In this document: piece by piece, positions 57,762 through 64,000 of the stretch | Layout: each line of letters begins with the position of its first letter | How positions within the stretch are numbered: the stretch's first letter is position 1 | DNA from: Candidatus Aminicenantes bacterium | Lineage (GTDB): Bacteria > Acidobacteriota > Aminicenantia > Aminicenantales > JAFGBC01 | Assembly (NCBI GenBank): GCA_963702005.1 | Contig: OY969696.1 | Coordinates: 2,870,556 to 2,934,555, forward strand | Length of the DNA: 64,000 bases | Direction of reading: 5' to 3' | Translations under genes and position numbers: made by a program | Notes under the pieces: generated by a model | The model's database searches: none | Seen by the model: the letters and a program-made list of their open reading frames with translations, nothing else | What the model was told of the DNA's origin: nothing

Positions 57762-59434
57762 AGCTCGTCGAGTGCGTCCCCAACTTCAGCGAAGGCCGGG
57801 ACCGGGATAAAATCAACGCCATCACCCGGGAGATCGCGGCGACGCCCCAGGTCAGGCTCCTCGACGTCGATCCCGGCGAGACGACCAACCGGACGGTGGT
57901 GACCTTCATCGGGACGCCCGAGGCCGCCAAGGAAGCCGCCTTCAAGGCCGTCCGCAAGGCCGCCGAGGTCATCGATATGCGGACCCACAAGGGCGCCCAC
58001 AGCCGGATCGGCGCGACCGACGTCTGCCCCTTCGTGCCGGTCTCCGGGGTCGCCATGGAGGACTGCGTCCGGCTGGCCAACGAGCTGGGCGAGCGGGTCG
58101 GCCGCGAGCTCGGCATCCCCGTCTACCTCTACGAGGAGGCCGCCCGGAATCCCGAGCGCCGCAACCTGGCCAACATCCGGGTCGGCGAATACGAGGGGTT
58201 GGCCGCCAAGCTGGCCCGGCCCGAATGGGCGCCCGATTACGGTCCCGCCGTCTTCAACGCCAAAGCCGGGGCGACCGTCATCGGCGCCCGCGAGTTTCTG
58301 ATCGCCTACAACATCAACCTTAACACCCGCGATCGCAAGCTCGCCCACGAAATCGCCAGCGACCTCCGCGAGATGGGGCGGCCCAAGAAGGATAAGGACG
58401 GCAAGGTCGTCAAGGACGCCGCCGGCACGACCGTCATGGTCCCCGGCAAATTCAAGGCCGTCAAGGCCGTCGGCTGGTACATCGAGGACTACGGGACGGC
58501 TCAGATCTCGATCAATTTCACGAACTACAAGCTCTCGCCGGTCCACCTCGTCTTCGACGAGGCCTGCCGCCTGGCCGAGAAGCTCGGCGTCCGCGTCACC
58601 GGGAGCGAGCTGGTCGGTCTGATCCCGATGGAGGCCCTGCTCATGGCCGGACGCTACTACCTCGAAAAGCAAGGGAAGAGCGCGGGCTGGCCCGAGGAGG
58701 AGCTCGTCCGGGTCGCGGTCCGTTCGCTGGGGCTCAACGATGTCGCGCCCTTCGACCCCCGGAAGAAAATCATCGAATATCAATTCCAGGATACGGCGGG
58801 TTCGCTGTCCGGCCTCAGCCTGCGCGCCTTCGCCGACGAGCTCTCGACCGACTCCCCGGCGCCGGGGGGCGGAAGCGTTTCCGCCCTCTGCGGGGCGCTG
58901 TCGGCGGCGCTGTCCTCGATGGTCGCCAACCTCACGGTCGGGAAGAAAGGCTACGAGAAGACTCAGAAAGAGCTCAAGGCCCTGGCCGTCCGGGCCCAGA
59001 AGCTCAAGGACGAGCTGCTTCGCGCGGTCGAGCTCGACTCGGCCGCCTTCGCCAAGGTCATGGACGCCTTCAAGCTCCCCAAGGGGACCGAGGAACAGAA
59101 AGCGGAGCGGGAGAAGACCGTTGAAGCCGCCACCAAGGAAGCGACTCTGATCCCCTTCCAGGTTCTCGAATCGAGCATCGCCTTGATGAAGATGGCCAAG
59201 AAGGTCGCCCTCAAGGGGAATAAAAATTCCCTAAGCGACGCCGGGGTGGCCGGGCTGGCCGCCCAATCCGCCGGCGAAGGCGCCTACTATAACGTCCGGA
59301 TCAACCTTCCCGGCATCCAGGACGCGGAATTCAAGAGCCGCATCAAGAAGCAGGCGGTCGCCCTCAAGAAAAAACTCTGCAAGCTGGCCGACGAAGTCCG
59401 GGCCGTCGTCGAGAGAGAGCTGCGCAAGAGCTGA
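57758..59434 (+). CDS. ftcD: bifunctional glutamate formimidoyltransferase / formimidoyltetrahydrofolate cyclodeaminase
   Basis: 558 aa: MKLVECVPNFSEGRD..., HKGAHSRIGATDVCPFVP (FT domain). C-terminal helical cyclodeaminase-like domain (SPAPGGGSVSALCGAL). ATGA overlap with the upstream M16 gene. Confidence 0.85.
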   Translation: MKLVECVPNFSEGRDRDKINAITREIAATPQVRLLDVDPGETTNRTVVTFIGTPEAAKEAAFKAVRKAAEVIDMRTHKGAHSRIGATDVCPFVPVSGVAMEDCVRLANELGERVGRELGIPVYLYEEAARNPERRNLANIRVGEYEGLAAKLARPEWAPDYGPAVFNAKAGATVIGAREFLIAYNINLNTRDRKLAHEIASDLREMGRPKKDKDGKVVKDAAGTTVMVPGKFKAVKAVGWYIEDYGTAQISINFTNYKLSPVHLVFDEACRLAEKLGVRVTGSELVGLIPMEALLMAGRYYLEKQGKSAGWPEEELVRVAVRSLGLNDVAPFDPRKKIIEYQFQDTAGSLSGLSLRAFADELSTDSPAPGGGSVSALCGALSAALSSMVANLTVGKKGYEKTQKELKALAVRAQKLKDELLRAVELDSAAFAKVMDAFKLPKGTEEQKAEREKTVEAATKEATLIPFQVLESSIALMKMAKKVALKGNKNSLSDAGVAGLAAQSAGEGAYYNVRINLPGIQDAEFKSRIKKQAVALKKKLCKLADEVRAVVERELRKS

Positions 59435-59438
59435 ACGG

Positions 59439-59799
59439 CTATCCTTTGTTCGATTCCCTTGCGAACATGTTTTGGAGGAACTCGGACGCTTTGTTTCCCA
59501 TCGTCTGGTAATCGCAGGGCTGCTTGATATCCTTGCAGTGAAGAGGATAGTTCTGGGCCCACCAGGCGGTGTATTCCTTAACGAGACGTCCGCACTTATC
59601 GCGAGCCGCTTTGTCACTCCCCTTGGCGGCTCCTGCGAACAGACCGACGGCCATGACGCCGCCGGTTACGTATCCGCCAGTCCGGCATGGAGCCGGTTTG
59701 GCTTCCGGACGACGCCTGGAAAGCCTTGAGGTCCAGGGCGGCCAAGGCCCCCAAGCAGGCACAAGAGATTCCGAGAAATTCTCTCCGGCTACTTAACAT
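59439..59799 (-). pseudogene. small Tat-signal protein of unknown function, apparently frameshifted
   Basis: SD AAGGGAG lies 6 nt before the ATG at 59799, giving MLSSRREFLGISCACLGALAALDL..., then an Arg-rich nonsense tail. The plausible continuation ...GGYVTGGVMAVGLFAGAAKGSDKAARDKCGRLVKEYTAWWAQNYPLHCKDIKQPCDYQTMGNKASEFLQNMF is in the frame of ORF 59439..59762. Confidence 0.35.
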
Positions 59800-59916
59800 T
59801 TTACACTCCCTTGTAAGAATCCATGACAAACCAGGCTTCAACCTAGGTTGAAAGCCCGACCCCCTATACCTGCAGCAAAGAATATGCCGGTCCAAAATCG
59901 GCGGAGCAAGATCCGC

Positions 59917-60729
59917 CTACTTGAGAGCCGTCTTTCTTCTTTTTAAAACCAGGATTGCGGCAAATATAAGGAAAGCGAGGAGGACGATGGCGCCCGAGGC
60001 CGGGAGGTCCAGATAAAGGGCGGCCGAGAGCCCGCCGGCAACAGCGACTGCGGCGACACCGCACGAGATCAAAATGGCCCCTTTGAAATCGGAGGCGGCC
60101 CGCAGCCCGGCCGCGGCCGGGATGACCAGCAGGGCCGAAACGAGCAGAACACCGACGACCTTCATCCCCAGGACGACGGTTACGGCCGCGAGCGCCGTGA
60201 GCATCGCTTCGAGCCGTTCGACCCGAACGCCCGAAGCCTTGGCGATTTCGGGATGGAAGGCCATGGACATGAGGGGCCGGTAGCGGACGATGACAATCCC
60301 GACGACGAGGATCGCCAATCCGGCCGACAGGGCGACCTCGGCGGGCGCGATGGCCAGGATCTCTCCGAACAGGAACCCGAACAGCGAAGCGTTGTAGCTT
60401 TTGGCCAGCGAAGCCAGGATGATCCCCAGGGCCATCCCGACCGAGCTCACGATGCCGAGGGCGGTGTCGCTGTGAACGCCCGCCCGCTCCTTGAGCTTGA
60501 CGAGAAGGAAGGCCGCGGCCAGGGACACGGCCAGGGCCAGTCCGAGCGGGAGAAGGCGGACCCAGAGGCCGAGGGCGACGCCGGCGAAAGCGACGTGGGA
60601 CAGGCCGTGGCCGATCATGGCGTCCCGCTTCAGGATCAGGAAAACCCCCAGGATCGCGCAGGCGATCCCGAGCAGGAGGCCGGCCGCGAGCGCCCTCTGG
60701 AGGAAACCCAAGGTCCACAGTCCGCCCAT
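59917..60729 (-). CDS. metal (Zn/Mn, ZnuB/TroCD-type) ABC transporter permease
   Basis: 271 aa from [21 protein letters not shown], with 7-8 TM segments. This is the last third of the listed 532-aa ORF. Confidence 0.85.
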   Translation of the reverse strand: MGGLWTLGFLQRALAAGLLLGIACAILGVFLILKRDAMIGHGLSHVAFAGVALGLWVRLLPLGLALAVSLAAAFLLVKLKERAGVHSDTALGIVSSVGMALGIILASLAKSYNASLFGFLFGEILAIAPAEVALSAGLAILVVGIVIVRYRPLMSMAFHPEIAKASGVRVERLEAMLTALAAVTVVLGMKVVGVLLVSALLVIPAAAGLRAASDFKGAILISCGVAAVAVAGGLSAALYLDLPASGAIVLLAFLIFAAILVLKRRKTALK

Positions 60730-60736
60730 GATGCCC

Positions 60737-61515
60737 TCAGTGCCGGTGGGAGACGAGGTGATGGCCGCCCGAGAGGAGGTCCCGGAACGCCTGCGAGCGG
60801 CAGAATTCCTCGTGGGAGCCGTGATAGACGAGGCTCCGGTTGAGGCAGGCGACCTTGTTGACGTTGCGGTCGACGATCCCGATGTCGTGGGTGACCAGCG
60901 CGATCGTGATGCCCTCCTCCCGGTTGAAGCCGCCCAGCATGTCGTAGAAGTGCTCGACGGTCTCGGGATCGACGCCGGCCGTCGGCTCGTCGAGGAGCAG
61001 GAGGCGGGGCCGGTGGACGATGGCCCGGGCGATGAACACCCGCTGCTGCTGGCCGCCCGACAGGCTCCCGATCCGGCGTCGGAGATGCTCCTCCATTCCG
61101 ACCCGGGCCAGAGCTTCGTGGATGGCCGCTTCTTCCCTCGTCTTTCCGGCCGCGTCCCAGGGATGGGCCGGGGCAGCCCGAGGGCGACGACTTCCCGGAC
61201 CGAAGCGGGAAAGAACGGATCGATATGAGTCGCCTTCTGGGGGACGTAGCCGATCGCAGCCCGTTCGGAGACCTCGTCGACAGGCCTTCCCATGAGGAGG
61301 ATCCGGCCCGCGTCCGGCCGAAGCAGGCCGAGAATGAGCTTGAGAAGCGTCGTTTTTCCCGATCCGTTCGGTCCCAGCACGGCCAGGAACTCGCCCTCGT
61401 GGATATCGAAGGACACGCCGCTCAAAACGCAGTGGCCGGCGTAGGAAAAGGAAACGGCCTCGACCGAGACGAGCGTCTTGGCCGAACGCTTCGGCTTAGC
61501 GATCTTGGCAGCCAT
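60737..61515 (-). pseudogene. metal ABC transporter ATP-binding protein (ZnuC-type), frameshifted once as sequenced
   Basis: Walker [10 protein letters not shown] and Q-loop are in the frame of ORF 59917..61515. [26 protein letters not shown] and VTHD are in ORF 60737..61096. The frames meet near 61160-61180 (GGGCCGGGG context). Confidence 0.8.
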
Positions 61516-62449
61516 CCAGCAGACTCCTGAGGTTGTCCTTCATAATATCAAGAAAGCCGCGACCCTGCCGCAGGTCCGCGGGGGAAGGATTATGGCCGGG
61601 GTTGAGCAGAAGCATCCGCGCCCCGATTTCGCGGCAAAGGGCTCCCGCCAACTTGGCCGGTTCTCCGACCTCGCGAAAGACGACGCCGATGTTTTTCGTC
61701 CTGGCCAAGCGAACGATCTCTGCCATCCGGGCCGGCGTCGGCTCGGCGTCGGGACTGAAGCCGTAGAGAGAAACCTGTTCGAACCCATAGCGAGCGAGCA
61801 GGCGGCCGAAGGCGGCGTGACCCGCCAGGATGACCGTGCGCTGCCGGCAGGAAGCAAGGCTGCGCCGGTAGAGACGGTCCAGGTCCTCGAGTCCCGCCTT
61901 CGCGGCGCGGGCGTTTTCCTGAAACAGCGAAGCCGAGGCGGGATCCATGTCGGTGAGAACGTCCCGGATCCTGTCGATGAGTTCGAGGTCCAATCCGAAG
62001 TCGAGCCAGATATGGGGGTCCTCGATGGCGGGCCCGGAATCCGCGTTCTCGGTCTTCGGCGTCAAACCGCGGCCGATTTCGAGGACGCGGAATCGAGGCC
62101 GGCCCAAGCCTCCCAGGACGTCGTCGACCCAGGGCTCAAGATGGAGGCCGACATAGATGAACAGATCGCAAGAGGAGAGCTTGAGGACATCTCCGGCCCT
62201 GGGCTGCCAGGTGTGGACCTCGGCTCCGGCAGGAATCAGAAGACTCGCCTCTCCCCTGTCCCCGGCGACGGCCCGGGCGAATTCCAGGAGGGGAAAGACC
62301 GTGGTCATGATCCGGATTCTATTTCCGACAGGAGGGGCCGTAAAGCCAAATCCAGCCAGGGCAGTTAGCAGAACAATCCCGATAAGAACTCCTGAACGCG
62401 CTCGACGATTCAGCCCTCTTTTCATCACAATCCTTTGTTCTTGGGTCAT
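61496..62449 (-). CDS. metal ABC transporter substrate-binding protein (ZnuA/TroA cluster 9)
   Basis: Signal/anchor, [34 protein letters not shown]. The likely start is MKRGLNRR at 62425. Confidence 0.85.
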   Translation of the reverse strand: MTQEQRIVMKRGLNRRARSGVLIGIVLLTALAGFGFTAPPVGNRIRIMTTVFPLLEFARAVAGDRGEASLLIPAGAEVHTWQPRAGDVLKLSSCDLFIYVGLHLEPWVDDVLGGLGRPRFRVLEIGRGLTPKTENADSGPAIEDPHIWLDFGLDLELIDRIRDVLTDMDPASASLFQENARAAKAGLEDLDRLYRRSLASCRQRTVILAGHAAFGRLLARYGFEQVSLYGFSPDAEPTPARMAEIVRLARTKNIGVVFREVGEPAKLAGALCREIGARMLLLNPGHNPSPADLRQGRGFLDIMKDNLRSLLDGCQDR

Positions 62450-62602
62450 TACCCTTCACTATTCTACTCAAAAACAAGTGTCTGGCAATTCACAATAATC
62501 GCTCCGTTTCAATTATTGCGGACGCTAGCCATCGTTCTTGAATCAAATATTTCTTTATGTCATGATGTCCTCTCTGGGACGAATTCACAAAGGAGGCTCC
62601 GC

Positions 62603-64000
62603 ATGCCGATAAATTTCAGCCAGCTCAAGCCGTCGCTTCTCTGGAAGCATTTCGGAAAAATCCTGACCATCCCCCACTGCTCCGGACACGAGCAGGCCCT
62701 GGGCGACTACATCCTGTCCGTGGCCAAGGCCGACGGACTCGAAGGGCAGAAGGACAAGGTCAAGAACGTCCTGGTCGCTAAGAAGGCGAGCCCCGGCCGT
62801 GAAAAGACCGCGGGCATAGTCCTCCAGGCCCATATGGACATGGTCTGCGAAAAGAACTCCGACACCGCCCACGACTTCGCCAAGGACGCCATCCAGACCG
62901 AGATCAAAGGGGATTGGCTCCAGGCCAAAGGCACGACCCTGGGCTCCGACAATGGGATCGGGGTCGCCGCCTGCCTGGCCGTCATGGAGGACAAGGACCT
63001 CGTCCACGGCCCCCTCGAGTTCCTGTTCACGGTCGACGAGGAGACCGGCCTGACCGGCGCCAACAGGCTCGAGCCCGGCGCCCTCAAGGGAAAAATGCTG
63101 CTCAACCTGGACAGCGAGGAGATCGAGACGTTCACAATCGGCTGCGCGGGCGGCGCGGATTCCGAGGTTTTCCTGCCTTTCGTTCGGGAGAAACCGGCCG
63201 GAGCAGCCTACCGGATCAAAATCCACGGCTACCGGGGCGGGCATTCCGGCCTGGACATCCACCAGGGACGCGGGAACGCCATCAAGCTTTTAGCCCGAAT
63301 CCTCGACCGAGCCCGCCGCCAATCGGACTATGGACTGGCCGAGATCGAGGGCGGGAACAAGCACAATGCCATCCCCCGCGAAGCCTGGGCCGACCTCGTC
63401 GTCGCCCCGGACAAGGTCGCTTCGTTGAAGGCCGTCGTCGAGAAGGCGTTCGCGGAGATCCGCGTCGAATACCAGGCCGTCGAAACGGACGCCGCCGTCT
63501 CCTTTGGGCCCTCGGAGGACAAGCCGGCCGAGGTCCTGTCGGCGGCTTCGCGGAACGCGCTCATCAACCTTCTCCTGACCCTCCCCCACGGCGTCATCGC
63601 CATGCACCCCGAGATCCACGGTCTGACCGAGACCTCGACCAACCTGGCCATCGTCCGGACCGGCCGGAAGGAAGCCAAGATCCACTGCTCGAGCCGGAGC
63701 TCGATCGCCTCGGCCCTCGAGGCCGTCCGCGACACGATCCGTGCCGTCAGCGAGCTGGCCGGCGCCAAGATCACGCTCCTCGAAGGCTACCCGGGCTGGA
63801 TGCCCAACCTGCAGTCGCCCCTGCTCAAGAAGCTCAAGGAAGTCCATGAGAAAGTCGTCGGCAAGGAGGCCGAGATCAAGGCCGTCCACGCCGGGCTCGA
63901 GTGCGGCATCATCGGCGAAAAGCACCCCGGCATGGACATGATCTCGTTCGGACCGACCATCGAGCATCCCCACTCTCCCGAGGAGCGCTGCAACGTCAAG
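62603..64000 (+). CDS. pepD: aminoacyl-histidine (Xaa-His) dipeptidase PepD, N-terminal 466 aa (3' end beyond the window; not in the supplied ORF track)
   Basis: SD AAAGGAGG precedes the ATG at 62603. Manual translation: MPINFSQLKPSLLWKHFGKILTIPHCSGHEQALGDYI...VLQAHMDMVCEKNSDTAHDFAKDAIQ...KGTTLGSDNGIGVAACLAV...FTVDEETGLTGA...HAGLECGIIG. It is open to base 64000 and closely parallels E. coli PepD. Listed minus ORFs 62585..63262 and 63290..63973 are antisense shadows. Confidence 0.9.
   Translation, partial: MPINFSQLKPSLLWKHFGKILTIPHCSGHEQALGDYILSVAKADGLEGQKDKVKNVLVAKKASPGREKTAGIVLQAHMDMVCEKNSDTAHDFAKDAIQTEIKGDWLQAKGTTLGSDNGIGVAACLAVMEDKDLVHGPLEFLFTVDEETGLTGANRLEPGALKGKMLLNLDSEEIETFTIGCAGGADSEVFLPFVREKPAGAAYRIKIHGYRGGHSGLDIHQGRGNAIKLLARILDRARRQSDYGLAEIEGGNKHNAIPREAWADLVVAPDKVASLKAVVEKAFAEIRVEYQAVETDAAVSFGPSEDKPAEVLSAASRNALINLLLTLPHGVIAMHPEIHGLTETSTNLAIVRTGRKEAKIHCSSRSSIASALEAVRDTIRAVSELAGAKITLLEGYPGWMPNLQSPLLKKLKEVHEKVVGKEAEIKAVHAGLECGIIGEKHPGMDMISFGPTIEHPHSPEERCNVK

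Overview
GC-rich bacterial chromosomal segment, probably from an uncultured or metagenomic lineage; I cannot determine the taxon by eye. I saw no rRNA, tRNA or CRISPR array. There are about 55 protein genes, mostly housekeeping.

Core content:
- an all-GH57 alpha-glucan cluster (1-4222)
- archaeal-style split purine steps, purO plus an AICARFT-only purH (7051-8872)
- secreted glycan and peptide degrading enzymes: glycosylasparaginase, GH63-like, GH42, penicillin-acylase family, M28, M1, M20, M16
- a serine-pathway pair and nifS
- an asnS-rimO-pgpA-cinA-thpR-plsY-gpsA block (36.6-43.3 kb) with several 4-nt ATGA start/stop overlaps
- metK-ahcY, fused formiminotransferase-cyclodeaminase, a Zn/Mn-type ABC importer, and pepD

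Accessory DNA:
- a visibly lower-GC island (about 27.3-33.5 kb) with three SBBP beta-propeller-repeat genes. Two of them form a promoter-inclusive tandem duplication. The paralog pair is bracketed by decayed IS3- and IS91-family transposase remnants.
- an apparently intact 1.36-kb DDE (rve-type) IS at 53539-54899 with doubled subterminal repeats
- a low-GC PQQ-like propeller gene (9859-11154)

Two real genes run off the window edges and are missing from the supplied ORF track (1-951 minus; 62603-64000 plus). Many long listed ORFs are antisense or alternate-frame shadows typical of GC-rich DNA.

At least seven otherwise conserved genes are interrupted by single-base frameshifts, at eight indel sites in total. 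Three of the sites are C7-C8 homopolymers. The most likely explanation is an indel-prone assembly rather than biology.

I did not find a clear-cut novel system. The best candidates for something undescribed are:
- the self-promoted two-gene operon of an unknown protein plus a ComEC-type MBL hydrolase (18961-20472)
- the promoter-leader-terminator unit upstream of the sulfatase-TPR gene (47947-48130)
- the hairpin- and repeat-rich non-coding tract upstream of metK
- the doubly inactive M16 pair translationally coupled to FTCD
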